NCBI RefSeq assembly: GCF_002571385.2
Contig: NW_019218108.1
Span: forward strand, 186,517 to 250,516
Length of the DNA stretch: 64,000 nt
From: Stylophora pistillata
Taxonomy: Eukaryota
Reading direction: 5' to 3'
Position numbers and translations under genes: made by a program. The notes under the pieces are model-generated. The model made no database searches. It was not told where the DNA came from and worked only from the letters and a program-made list of their open reading frames with translations. Below are positions 11,367-25,100 of the stretch, piece after piece. Position 1 is the stretch's first letter. Each line of letters starts with the position of its first letter.

Positions 11367-14300
11367 TTGGGTGTATGTCTCAGGTTACAATAATTATATT
11401 GTTTTTTTTTTTCTTTCAATCACATAGCTAAACAACCAATTGGCCAAATGTCAGCCTGTGGCGAACATTTATGATGCAACTATTGTTATAATCTGCAAGC
11501 AAGCCCTGTACCCATTTGTAAGTCACATCTTGTTGAACTTTGATTTACTTTGATCTTTGGTATGCGCACATATTTCATTATCCGCTTGACAATTTGCGGC
11601 AAAACACAGCAGTAAACTACGTCGTTTAAAGGGATTTATTGTGAAATCTGCTTGATGAGTCAACTGACTAACTTTCAGACCAACCGACTGTCACGAGTGA
11701 TTTGTAGTATCGATTTTTTTCAAACAAATTGATAATTAATAGTTAATAATTTTCAAAATAAGTTGTTAACTGGACACACATAATTTCTTTGTTTTTATTA
11801 TGTTTTCAGAATGGTTTCTGGTTCTCCATTGGATATTGTCTGTTCTTTTTCATTCCTGCAATAATTTTCTGTGTTAAACTTGCTAAACATTACCGCAGAA
11901 TGGATTATGAGAGTGACTTTGATCAGGGACTCGAGTCGTAAGTAACTTATTGTAAAAACTTTGTGTTGTATGATTTACGCTGGTGCTTTTCTTGAACTGG
12001 ACATCTGCAGATCTTTTCTGTTGAACTCTCTTAACACCTAAAATCTTTCTCAATTTTCATTTGGCAGTTTTAAAATTAAGTATAACTCTTGTTTTGTTTT
12101 TATTCTCTGAGTTTTGAGTGTAGATGTAGACAAGTTATTGCTTCATCAAAATATTGAAAACTTACGTAGTAAGAACTATATAGTATTAACTTTAATTTTT
12201 TCACATGGCAAATTCCTATAAAGTGTAGCTAAATCTAATAGGTGCTGTACCCTAAGAATAACAGTTTTTTTTTAGGCAAGAGGACTAACTAGAATTATGG
12301 TTGTGTTTGCTCAATACTTAAAGCATTGTTGAGATTATTTTCAATTTTATTTTCACTTTGTTGTCTGTGCAGGGAGATGTTTGAAATGGGGGGACAGCAT
12401 TATCCGTCAGCCCCACCCCATTACCCCGCGTAAGTTTGGTTTACATGTGTATTTTAAATTTTGAGGTTGTTTTTGTTTTCCTGTCAATAGATGGGAAGTT
12501 TATTCTAGATAGATTAACTCATGTTTGGGTTTGAACTAAATGACCGGTGATGTTGTTTCTCACTCTAGGGCCAGCGAAAAGAAACAGTGGGCTAACCCCA
12601 AGTAGGTGATGGAAATATTATTAATTACTTTAATGTTAATTCATTGTCAAACCTACGTGCAGTATGATTTGGGAACGTCATACTTGCATTCATTCAGTGA
12701 CTCATTCATTCCTCCATTTTCTCGATTTCTATATCTAGTTACCGGCCTTTCCCACCCACTTGTTGAAATTATTTCGTTTTCGAAATATTTGTCAATTTTC
12801 ATCTATTCGTGCGTTTTTTATATGCTGAATCATTATTTTCTTTTTCATGCCTGACCAAACTAAAAACATTTAACATGCATTGACTTGTATTTAAATCGAC
12901 TCATTGATAGGTTTATTAAATGATAACATTGAACTGGGATTTTACTCTAAAAAAGAGGTTCTTCTAATATCTTAACTTCAGATAAATTTGCTGTTGCTAA
13001 CCATTTAAAGGTGAAGGGTACAAATATAAATCAGACAGATCATAAGAAACCTCATGAAACCGTTTTAACATTGGTTGAAAGCTAAACTGTAAAGCTAACA
13101 AGTAATTTGGACGCGGGCTTTGTTTTCTTAACACAAACCATTAGTTTTTAACGGAGAATGCTTGGTGTTGGGTAACGCGCAGGAGGTTTGCTCGCCCTCG
13201 CAACAATCTTTTCTGTGCCATTCCGTGATACATGCATGAAGAGGTGGTCCAAATTTAAGGTGGCTCTTAAAAGAAGTTGCATGAGGGTTGGTTACTACTT
13301 GAGTAGCTCGAATATTGACGTCTGGGCAAATTTAAGTCGTAGCGTTAGTCTTGGAGTGCTACCTTAAACCCAGCAGTCATTATCAGGGAAACTATTGCCC
13401 TCCTTATCACAAGCGCGTGCTTGTTAAAGGGCAAATTTTCTTGTCAGCCACTATACAAATAAAATTTTGCCATCTGTAATCTTGAAGTTCATCGTTCAAA
13501 ACCCTAGACAAATAAGTTAATTTCGTTGGGAATCGTTGAGTAATGTCCCCCAGTAATTGGTGATTGGCTTAAGATTGGAGAGATGTGAGGTGGTGATACC
13601 TTATTGTGGTAGGAGTGGCATTGACGCACCCGAAAAGTGGCTACGTGAGGCAACATGTATTGCGTTAATGGTTTTCTGTGTTGTGTGATTTAATACTATG
13701 TGGTGATTCCTCTGCCAGAAATGCTGTCTATCCCCAGGCTCCTCCAAGCAGATACTAGCGCGGGTTTGTAAATTTTAAAAATGTTTCTGCGCCTAAAGCA
13801 CAAGTGCTGCTGTGTTTGGCACAGAAAGAGCCCAGAGAAGTTATTTGAGTGTCCATTGTTACGAGGCCGACTGTTTCTCATCGCACAACTGCTTGTTGAC
13901 CTCTGCAAAACTGTCCTTCCATTTGGGTGACTGGACTGATGTTGTAAGCCTCTTCCCCCGACAAACGCAGCTCCTAGCAATTTTCCCTCTGATTGGCTGT
14001 TACATGTAATTGCTCGTGACGAATTGGAGCAGCGTTCAACCGGAAACTCCTAGGGAACTCTGAAAGTTCAGGCTCGGCAGCGCTTGTTGCTTTGGCATGT
14101 TAGCTTATAAAATAAACTTAAATGTCGATAAAAATGTTTTCTTCTTGCTTTTCTAACTCTTCTAGCTGTAATGAAAAATGCTGAAGTCTTTCTTAAAAAT
14201 TATGTGATAGAGTAGACCTGCAAATAATGTTTGATTTGAAAGATTTCATTTGTTTGATCGCGAGCAGTATTCATAATTCGAGAAACTTTTGTAAACTATC

Positions 14301-16100
14301 GGGGAAAATATCCTTCCATCTAAAATCTTCTCCAATACTTGCGCATAGCATTTTTCGTCACTAGGATTTAAACTGGAATATTCTTGATCTCTGTATTGTC
14401 GTGTTTAAAGTTCAATATTTGATAGCGGCTCCTGAATTTTCGATTGAAAGTGTTCCCATAACGTTTTCATTTTTGCTAACTAGTGAACCTTAAATACATT
14501 CAGTGTTCGCTGTTACATTCGAATAAAAAAAAAAAATAACTCGACTTTCCCTCACTAAGAACAACGAACTGTTAAATATCTTCCCAATAAACACGTAGAG
14601 AGTTATCATTAATTGAGAGATTATGAAAGGGCTGACCAAAACAAAAATATAAAAGACTGTTACTCTAATTCATTTCATGTCTTAATATTTGGTTTAAGGA
14701 AAATAAGGTTATAAGTAATGAAATACTAGCAACAGGCAGTCGTTGCATGGAACTACTGCCGTTTTGTAGTTGTAGTTCGAGAAAGAAAGATCAAAAATGT
14801 CTTTCTTTCCTTCCTTTTCTTCGTGGAACTTGGTAGTCATAGAGGAAGTCAGACATAACATCGGCATAACTTAATCAATGCTTTCTTATTCGCTGTCGCG
14901 CTGTGGCGAGTTGTAACTACCGACCGCCATGTTTGTCAATTGGTAGTCTTTGAAATGATAAACTATGCCGTTTTCGCCAACATCTAGCTTTGTTCACTGA
15001 ATATGATGTTCACACGTATATTCTCTAGTGGACAGATAAAAGCCCAAGAGAAAAATTTGACGGCTTTTTCGGTTTTTTTTACAACCAACCCTGACTTGTC
15101 TGTTTGATTTTGACGCAGCTCTGGGCTTCCGAGGTGACGTGGGATTAAATTTATGCAAACTCGGCAAGAATTCTGTCGATTTTCTCTCTTTGTGACCGAT
15201 ATGGTCAAAGCCATGCATTTGTTGTCATAATTGAAAAGCTTACTTGGTAGTTTTTTTCCTCAATTTGTCTCCTGCGGCAGCGACAAACTTCGGACAGTAT
15301 TTCCGATTATTTTCGCAATATTCGCAAAGTACAGAAGTGTCAATGGCTCCCAAGATTTTCCGCCAATTTGACGGCCTTGAAGTCGGTTGCATCGTTTTTC
15401 GCGCCAAATTCAATTTCGCGTTCCCCAAGTAGCGTTTCATTGGAATCTTCAAAAACATTTTTGATTCCTGGTAAAAGCCATTTGGTTTGCCATCTCAAGT
15501 TAAGGCATTTCTACTCATTGTTTACTCAGTTTTCCTCTAGTACGGAGGCATTTTTACAAACCTTCAATAACTGATCATGGCTAACACGTTTTCCTGCCAA
15601 CTTCGACGCCGTCACGTCGGCTGCCCGTATTTTCGCGCCAGATTCGGTTTGTGTTCTTCTACTTATAGCTTTTCCCTCAAACGGCGTTTAAACATGATGG
15701 AATTTTCGTTGTGTCTGACTTCCGAAAAACAGCGTTTGGTTTGCACACGCCATGTTGCCGTGTGTTTGTTTAGTACTAGGAACAGATGAGGTCAAAATGT
15801 GGTAAGAACAATAAAGTGACAAAGGGGGCGCATGCGCTCAGCCGAGTGTGTCACTGATTTCTATATCACATTTTACGTCTTCTTTGATATATTTCTACTA
15901 AACAGACTGATGGCAACATGCCAGCTGTTTGTTTCATATTACGAAAAAGCAAAATGTTGTTAAGGGTCACGTCGTCAGTGCGTCTTTTCTCCAATAGATC
16001 ATAAGTAAGAACCAATCAGAAGGCGTGCATGGAGCTTATCATACAATTTTGTGTTTTCTTTCGTTCTAGTGGATATCAGAACGGGACTAACCGCTACTAA
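1853..16100 (+). CDS. PROM1: Prominin (CD133)-like pentaspan membrane glycoprotein, 3' portion; the 5' exons lie upstream of the window
   Basis: GT-AG exons in consistent phase: 1853-2005, 2622-2745, 3835-3941, 4813-4897, 5477-5626, 7455-7583, 7903-7986, 8508-8561 (in-frame TAA at 8553-8555), 9417-9497, 10955-11023, 11428-11517, 11810-11937, 12373-12429, 12569-12601, 16070-16100. Peptides [39 protein letters not shown] and [31 protein letters not shown] match prominin TM3, the second extracellular loop and TM5. The last exon is the least certain. Confidence 0.9.
2790..2990. repeat. ~20-21 bp tandem repeat (ATGTTGCTGCAAATAAAAAAG), probably the arm of a foldback-type element
   Basis: About six degenerate GCTGCAAA-containing units between ~2870 and 2990, upstream of an N-gap. 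Confidence 0.55.
5204..5379. mobile_element. MITE with CAGG termini
   Basis: Termini CAGGACTCGACACTAAC and GTTAGTTTTAAGCCCTG. TACAT is duplicated on both flanks (5199-5203, 5380-5384). Internal ACTAGCCA motifs occur in both orientations. Confidence 0.75.
5988..7125. mobile_element. Non-autonomous DNA transposon with TTAA target duplication (Kolobok-like)
   Basis: TTAA|GGTGGCTCGTACCAGTTT ... AAACCGGTATGAGCCACC|TTAA. Purine-purine termini plus a TTAA TSD fit Kolobok better than piggyBac. The element spans an N-gap. Confidence 0.7.
9539..10472. mobile_element. Foldback-type element with long, internally repetitive inverted arms
   Basis: Arms ~9539-9898 and ~10154-10472. Each is built from 20-bp units (CTCACATCAAATTAAAATCA) plus an ~80 bp unique inverted segment. 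GCACAC is duplicated at 9533-9538 and 10473-10478. Confidence 0.9.
11328..11364. repeat. (TTA)n microsatellite
   Basis: Read directly from the sequence. Confidence 0.9.
15780..16040. repeat. Interspersed repeat; a related copy lies in reverse orientation at ~37130-37335
   Basis: Shared motifs AATGTGGTAAGAACA / TGTTCTTACCCCACATT, GTGTCACT and ATGGCAACATG. Confidence 0.55.
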
Positions 16101-19100
16101 AAAACTTCAGCTGGAAGAACAAGAGTTCCATTCGAAATCAATGTGCAGAGTAAATTTTACACCAACAGGTTACATACGGATTGATTAGTCAACAAATAGA
16201 TCATCTACCTGAAGATAATGAAATTAGTTTGTATTTAAAGTTAATTTAGTGTAACTCAGTATTTTTCTTGACTACACAGCGCTAGATTGTGATTCCACAT
16301 CAGAGGCATTTGCTTCCAAGCTTATGTTTGGTAAGAGGGGGGGCGTGGTCAAAAGACAGGTGTGTATGGTGGAAGTCCAATCAGAGGTTCCTGATTTTCT
16401 TTTTCCGTTATTTTTTTCGTGAGGGGTGGGGAAGGCGCTATACGTTCATTGCGCAGACCCCGTATAGGGACTAGTGTGTAACTTCAATATTTCAACAAAC
16501 AAATCAAACTGGTATTTACCAATTCTTCTGCAGTGATGACTTTGAACTTTTTGTTATAGCCCCCCCGTGAGGTTAAAAATTATTATCAATTATTAGACCT
16601 TTCGTGTGACTGATATTCGTTAAACATATTAGACAGTTGAAAAACTTTTTGAATAACCAAAAGTTTGCAGAAATACATGCTTTGTAAGGGAACTTTAAAC
16701 AGAATATTGCGAATGACTTGACGTGACATGTTTGACCTCAAAACGGTGGAAAGATTGCGTGACGGAGAACGAGAAGATGAGCAACATTTTATCAGGGACA
16801 TAACGTTCTTGTCTGACCCAAACGGTAGCTGTTTGTAGAATTCACGCAGGACGTGAAGATGGAGGAAACGACATAATTTTATACAATTGATTTCAGGGGT
16901 AATGTAGGTCTCCATATGTTAAGTACACTGATTTCAAAAGAAAATGTTTAAAACTAGTTTATGTTGTATTGGAATTCGGTACGGGTAGAAAGGAAGAAAG
17001 GTCTCTGAGCAACTACACACCTGCCCTTCCCCTAATTAACCTTTTTTTTCTATCGGTTGACTGTTGTTTGGATAGGGGATGGGTAGGGGTGCAGTAGCCC
17101 AGATACTGACTCTGACTCATCTCTTAGTTAACGTTGTATAAAGAACACGTGAAAAGAACCTAATGAACTCTAAAGAGTTCTTGTGTATTTCTTAATTACT
17201 CCAGTCACGTAATTTTTCCCCTCTTGCTGAAAGAAATTTTGTAAATAGTTCAAGTGAGCTTTTTAGTCGGGTAACCATATTCATTATTTCTCGAAATTCC
17301 ATTGACCGCAGTGGTTTTATTTATAGTGAGGGCAAAATACTGTGTAATGGCGAATTCTTCCATATTGTTTCTCACGAGTTTGAAGTATACCAAACAAGCT
17401 TTTTAGAACAGTAAATTCTCTAAGAAGTGATCCCCATTTCACAGCTTGAAATAACCACACAGTTGGCTTCGAAATATAGGGTGGTCGCACTGTATATCAG
17501 TTAAAGCTTGCAAGAGAAACCAGAGCTAACAAGTAATTTCTGGTGTTCTTATATCACAAGTGTGTTTGTAATATTTTCACGAGGTTGTGATGCTAATTTT
17601 TTCAGTGCAGTTTGCTATAAAGAACTTTTTATAATACTTTTTATTTCTCCTTTTTATTTACCTAAGTGTTCATTTGCCTGTGCCTGGGTTGTTTTGTGGA
17701 GGGTGTTGGTGTTAAATGCCAAGGATTGTTGTTTGTGAAGGTTACTGTGAGTTCGACACTCTCGGGTAGGCAAGCTAAATTGCCACGGAAATTTTGTCCC
17801 GCCTGACTGGGTAAGCTAACTTATCGAGGCAAGAATACTCGCTTACCTGTTTTATCCTTCCCTCCTCCTCCCGCCGAGACAGTTCGCGATTCTCCAGCGA
17901 TCAATTGGTTGAATTTTTTTAAAAAATCAGTGTGAAGTTAGCTTGGCCAGGAAACCCCATAAAAGAGCCCACTTGACTTTTTTGGCGTCAAGAGATCGGA
18001 TAACTTTTATTTACGTTTTAGTTTCTTGCGTTTGCTAGTTTGGTCTGTTAATGTTTTTCCATTTAGTTGACATTTTTCCTACTGGAACCCTGAAAAGTCT
18101 GCGTACATTCAAGTGAAGAGCTGTTTATCAGTCGGGTATTATAACTCTGGTTCCTGCATGTACCTGTGTACCATGTTCCTGCACTGAGTTTCCAGTTTTG
18201 CCGTGATGTCATGTTTTTCTTAGGATTACTCTCAACCAGACGAGGAGACTGCATGTGATATCGTTTCTTGCGTTCCCCCCACCCCTGCTTTTATGTGAAA
18301 CTAGCATTGTTTGCGCCAGTTTACCCTAATGGATTACTGCGCTAGTAAGGTCACACAAAGCAAGTCAATGACGTTTCTAATTTAACTAGATGATTTTGTG
18401 AGCGTAGCAAATCCAGAAATGAGATTATTGAACTCTCGTGCATTATTAATAGGCGTCTACTGTCCTAGCGTTTCTTTTTTTATTACCATTATCATTTCCG
18501 ATGTTGAGCTGCTGTCAAAAAGCCAAGCCAAGCCATCGCCATTGTTCACTTGAGATCTGAACGTGGAAGAAACCAAACACTGAACCATTACATGTGGTAT
18601 TTGTTGAAAGATCGGAGGAGACCGAGATGAATTTCATTTGCGTGGCCAAAGCGTTGTGCATTAGTCGCAATAAGACAACCGAGGTACCTTAACGACTACT
18701 TGAACCGATGAACCGTGATGAGTAAACAATTCACCAGCGCGTTAAAACAATTTCAACAAGAGTCAATCATACTGAGTGGTGCTAAATCATCAACCAGCAA
18801 AATCTTATTGACTTGATCAACACGTTCATCCGTTAATACCCCTTTTGTAATGTAAAATGGTGATTGGTCTTTCATCTGATGTAAGCCAACACAAATGCTG
18901 TACCATCCATGTACAGAAAGGTCAGAAAGGAGCAAAATCGACTAAAAAATTTATTCAGTTTTAACTTTTAGTTAGTTTTAAATTCTTTACGGTGGCCAAT
19001 TCACGTTATCAACTCAGTTGATAAAACCAAATTGCCTTATTACCCCCACCGACGCAGCACCACAGTTTCGTTAGAAACTTACCTCTTTATTCATTCGATT

Positions 19101-22100
19101 AAGACTTTGCCGGGATTTAAAACCTCTAAAAAAGTTGCAATTAAAAATTTATAGCCTTAAGCTGCTTTTGAAGGCGGACGAGAAGATATTTGGTTGGTAA
19201 ACTTAATTGCTTTTGAGATTTATTAGTTTTTTTGCATCTAACGCCTTATTTTAATTGTTCACTCGAGTGAGTCAATACATGTTATTAGCACTCGAGATCG
19301 AGACAAAGCCTAGCAGTCTCGTTCCATTCTCCTCTCTTTCCGTTCGGAGACGGTTTCGGAAATTAGATTTGGGTAAATAAAATGAATGAGATTAATTAGA
19401 TAGGCAGAGTCAAATCGAATTTACATCTCAGTTTTCAATATTCTCTCGATCAAATATGACACAGAAAAGTTGGTACTGACAAAGAACAATCTGCAGGCAC
19501 CGGTAACTTTGATACTTCCTCTCGGATCAGTTTTAATTACTAGCGGAGACATGGAACAATGCAGCTTGCAAGGGCTAGCTCTTTATGGAAAATGCAGCCG
19601 GTATTACCTCAGCAAGCTTTTGTTGACAAGGTTTGGTTTCTAATTAACAAGGTTTTCCCGCTGTGAGGACTGACGGATAACCTACTTTAGGGGGGGGGGG
19701 TGGCTAAGGGTAGCTTGGGTTCTTGCAAACTCTTCATCCAATCTAGATCTCGTAATCTCGTCAACCTCAACCATGGTCTTGAAATCTAGTAATGATGAAC
19801 ATATTTCAGTCTTGAACTCTGGCATTTTTTCAAAGTTTTCAAAGTCTCGGGTTTTCTCTCGCTATGGGGCCGATGGTGCGGGCCAAAAGGTAACAGGATT
19901 AGCTTGGAATCATCCATTGTCAACGACGGAAGTGTGAACGAGCCCTTTATTAGGAGAGTGGGGCACACAGTATAAGGCTGTGTGAGTAAGATCACGATAT
20001 GAACAAGGTTTGAGAAACTAAAACTGTTTAGTAACGATCTCAGATTTGCTTACAGGGATCCCAGCCGTTAGGTTGGTCTCTGATGTTATAATTGACTTTA
20101 CCTTAGCTTTTCTGTTCGAGTTTTGCTTTCGCGTTGAATAATGAGAACGATGGTAAACTTTAAGCAAGGTATTGGAATGAAAGAAAAAAAAAGTTGTAAT
20201 TCGTCACGGCATGTCATGAGCGTGGGAAAAAGGAAAATCTGATTCCTCTTGACCCTCGGATTGCGCGATGCAATGCTCAACCACTGAGCAATAGAGTACC
20301 CTATTGAGAAGAAGGCTAAACGTCTTCAGGAAAGACTTTCAAGGACGAAATTTGTCATCGAATGTAAATAGCGTTTAGTAATGTGGCGCAAAAATTTTGC
20401 TCAAATTCATTGCAATGTGGAGGATAAAACGTTCCTTTCTTTTCGACACTCTCTCGCAACAATCGGAACTTTTCGGATTCAATCCCGAAAGACTCCAATT
20501 TTTTTCGGAGATGTTCACCAGCGTACAAACAAAAGTTATTAAAATTCTTTTATCTTTCTTAGCGGCTGCCCAAGCACAATCAAATGCATGCGATTGTTTA
20601 AATCTGTACACCACTGACACGGAATTTTAACTTTCTATACTCATTAAAAAACCGCCTGATTCACCATTTCGCGTTGAGGGGTCCATCTGTCCATCTATTA
20701 TCAGCATGTCACTCACAAAACAGTGGAAAGATATGTAAGAGGGACACTTTAATGAGTATTACATAAGCTCCAAAATGACAGCTCTGCTTTCAAATGCTTG
20801 TCATGATGCAAAGATCCTGCGTTTACCAAATGAATACTAAATTGATTTTTGAAAGCGGATGAATCAACTTGGGGGATATCGCTTTAAATCTCTGTCTGAA
20901 ATGTAATCAGCGCTCGTGCAGTGCATTTGTGTCCACTGTGGTAGATTCTGACATCTACCCCACTGTGCAAAGGGCACAACTCTACGTAAAGTTTGTTGTC
21001 AGTTGACGTACGAGAGTCACGTCAGAAATATTAAAAAAACAGTCAATTTAACGCACTGTATTAAACCTAGTTACTGTTTACACAATTCCTGTCAGGGGCA
21101 CAATTTACTGGGCCGCTAGTTAATTAGGAAACAGCTGGAAGCTTAAAAATGAAAACAACAGATTCTACAGCAGGTGAAAATGCCCCAGGGACGTAAAACT
21201 AACACTAAAAGATTTTTAAATGAAAGAACTACTAAAGCTGGGTGGATCGTGTTTACATACAAACACGTGCTAGTGATTATAGAGGCGTGTTAAAGTTTAT
21301 CTCTTGAGTTTTAGACAACTGAAGTAGTTTTCTCTATCCATTGCTGAGTGAGGAGTTATCTTACTTTCCCAGTATAGGAAAACCAACCAAGCGGAATTAA
21401 TGTCTTGTCTCATCTTATCGAAATAAAGCTCGGGAAATTCTTAAAAAAGACACATTGGTGTTAGACAGACACTGAAAACATTAAGCGACCTTTTGAGAAA
21501 CTGTTTTAATGCTGGCGTCTAATGCACGTGAAACTTATCAACTGTCAACTCTTTCATGATAAAAGAAAGTTGTTGTCTAATTTTAGGTTGCGTGATTTAC
21601 AACTGCATCTTTGTGGCTCAAAATGAGTCCTAAAATGCTAACATTTGTGCGAGGAAAATTAGAATTTTGTTCTCCTTCATCGAAAAATGGCAATAGTAGT
21701 ACTTAATATTCGGTTGCTGTGTTAAATTTGAAAGAATATGAAGAAATATGATAGAAAATATTTTGGGGAAGTTTTAGGCAAGGCTGAGGGTCTGACATTT
21801 GGAACCACGCCGCACCGAGGTGTTTCCGCGTTTTTTTTTTTTTTTTGCGTTAAAGTTATTCGATACGATGCCGGACGTGTCTCGACCAAGACCACATGGA
21901 ACAGCTGTCTAACACGAGCTTTACACATGGCGTTCTGAGTTTCATTGTCGTGGAAACAAAACGTGGAGTAAATAAAAACATTTTAGTATCTGGTCCACTT
22001 TGTTTCATTACTGATTGAAAGCATCGCTTTGTTAAAATGTTGAAAAAAAGTATTGTTCGTGCTTTCAGTTGCTAATCCTGTAAAAGATAAAACTGGCTTG

Positions 22101-25100
22101 AGTAGACAACTAATTAAATGATACTCGAGGTCGGAGAAATTGTGCATTCTTGGCCTCTTTAATATCTGGGTACTTTGATCTGAATTTGTTTAATACGGTG
22201 ACAGAATTTTTTTTCTCGCCAAACATACAAGTTACACGGTGCTGCCACTAGCAGCAGTTTCATCAACGTCCGCGTGTAGCCTGTGCACCTCGACTTTTCC
22301 CGCGCTTACTTTTGGCGGGAAGTTATTAATGTGCCCAAACTGTTGACACGAAATATAAAAAAAAAAACACTCTTTAGTTAATTAAGATTATTGTGGTTTT
22401 AAAATATTAGAAGCAATATTCCAATATCTTAATCTTAAATGCAGATAATTCCAAACATGTTTACTTCTTTAACCGGACACAGATAGGAAGTAAATGACGT
22501 TTCTACTTAAGTCTACTGAAAACACTTCTTTGGAATCTAAGACACATTCTTTCAACCTAAAAAATACTAGCTTTACATAAGTACCTTGAGAAAACGGAAA
22601 ATTCCTAAACAGGAATAAAGCTTAATTGCCCGCAAGGGCCGACGATAAGAATGGAATTCTTTGCAATTTACACAGTAAGAAGTTACAATTAACATGCCAT
22701 GTATTTAGAATATTCCAAGATTTTGACCTCAGAACACCACACACGAATTGTCAAATTCTCAATTTCATTTTTCTGTAAATTTGTGGGCTTTCTAGGTCTT
22801 TAAATAGGGGTGTATTTCTCATTACAGCGCTACGCTCAGGTCATCTTTCTACAATGTCGACTCTTTGATATGCTTTGTAAAAATAACTTGTTTTACAAAA
22901 GGTTTAAGTGCCCTTAGCGAAGTTGAGGGCTGCGGTTGACATGTTCCAATTGTTCAGCGATGTAAATAGTTCAGTTTTCGATAAACAGTTGAAAAAAAAA
23001 ATCAATATTGTTTTACTTGATAAAGTTCTCAGTTCCTCTCCAGTTTGGACCATACTTAAGGAATTGAAACTTTTTCTGTGGTATTCCGAGTGCCATCTTT
23101 ATAATGGCGAAGAAGTGAAAACACTTCTTATCTTCAAAGGAACCCAAAATATGACCCTCAAGAATTATTCTAAAATGAATGGAATGAAAACACATTTGTG
23201 ATATTCAAAAATTGTAATCAGGTACAAATTGAATGTTTCACGGTTTCTAGCTGTGAGCGATCCTTCTCAATTTCATTTTGAAGGCAATTACAAAATCCTT
23301 TAATTCATAGATGAAAAACTATAGTAATAAATTTTTTCTCGCCGAGTTCTCACTCCTCAGAGCATGAAGCTCGAGCGTGACTAATTGAAGAGTGCGGCTG
23401 TCACTATTGCGGCGATGCAACGCAACACCGCTCCATTTGTGTAACGCAACATATTCGTGCTCGCTGAGTGAAAACGAAATAATCACAAGTTACTAGTATG
23501 ATATGGATTTACTTCCCTTTACTTTTGGTGTTTATGTTATCGTGGGAGCCACTCGAAATAACGCGAAACACGCAGGTATGGTGCAAATTTCGCTCGACCA
23601 CTCGGTTTTTGTTATCTTTTCTTTTAAACGGCTCTTATGCTGCGAGTTTATCGGTGTTGTTTGTGCAAATGCAAGTTAGAGAGAACAACAACCACAACAT
23701 GCAAGGCGCAAGCCGCAAAGAGGTGCCGTGATCTTTTAGCGCCGCCAATATTGGTCTGGCGGCGAAGTCAATGCGTTTGTCAGACTCCGTCTACCGATTC
23801 TTCCTTAGGGGCTACAAATGAAACACGGAATAATTTAAATGGTCATCGACCAGCCCAGTTAGTACCGAATCGATTAACCTTGGCTCCATCTTTTCCCGAT
23901 CCAGCATTTTCTCACATGACTCATGCATCACGAATGTTTGAAATGGCAACGACGTGATGAATTCGCCCGAGAAGAATGTAACAGTTGGGAAATCTTAACA
24001 CCCTTGGCCTTGTGACTAACTATCTTGTGACTATTTTGACAAAGTCCATCCTTAGATATCAGGGCGGGGATGGGAGGGGGGGGGATGCGAGCACGATTTA
24101 CAGGCCCCTTGAGAGATGTTGTGTTATTGAACATTGTGCCTTCTGGACTCGCACTGGCTCACAATTTCCCTTTAAAGTACTCATTCGTCAGTAGATACTT
24201 GAAATTCTATGGGTTTGCCTTCCAACGCCTTTTCTGAATGCCCTGGTTGTCAAAGTACAATCCTGTAATTATCTCGGTATTGTGCCAGTTTAAATAGGGT
24301 TGTTTTTCTTGGAGCAAAAATAGTTTGTTTTGAGAGGAACGATTACCTGGTATTGGCTTAGAAAAAAATTGTTTTTCCTTTTAGTGGAAAGGAATACCTT
24401 GAGTTGATGTCCCCATAAAGCCGCGAAAAGCGAATTTGGTCTGCAGCATTGCAATCAGCATAACTCTGCAGGCGCTTCGATTCTTCGTGATCGGAAGTGT
24501 CACTGCTGGGGTGAGGAATGCGTGATGCTTGGCACGTGATGAAATCGACCGAAGGTGCAAGGGCGGCGAAAATAGGGCAGAGAAGAAATACCAAAATACA
24601 TAGATTCACCGCAATAACACTATTAAATTAGCCAAATATCGTCATGTTCTGTCAACAATGAAATGTATCCATCCTAGTAACGGGCGTAATAAGAATTGCA
24701 TCGTTCTGTTTAAACATGGTTTTCACCGAACTGCACTGACAAAACGACCTTTAGATCGGAAGTACGTCTCACGTGAAAGTGAGTAATAATAAGGAGCAAC
24801 TGTGCTCTGCTACTGGAGCTAGTCTGGGCGTTTTATTTACAGGTTTACGCCAATAAGGACATTACCTGTGAACGATGAAATCCTACTTGCATAACCTTTA
24901 ACCCTTTTGTGATAAGGAAAATTTTCGTTTCAATTCGTATACGCAATTAACTCCACCAAAAAAGAATCATATATTTCTCCTTACCATTTTTTTATGGCAA
25001 ACAAAATTATGAGTTTTATTGGGCGCGGTGGAATCATGGCAACAGTTACGTCTGTCAACAAATCATCGCAAATTAAGTGTCAATAAAAAATTGTGTTCGT

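Noticed and set aside
17740-17780. tRNA-like T-arm GTGAGTTCGACACTC
   Set aside because: No convincing A box, D arm or acceptor stem around it.
16200-23300. Protein-coding gene among the short ORFs between prominin and the FAX-like gene
   Set aside because: No recognisable domains or phase-consistent exon chain; likely 3' UTR, intergenic DNA and repeat fragments.
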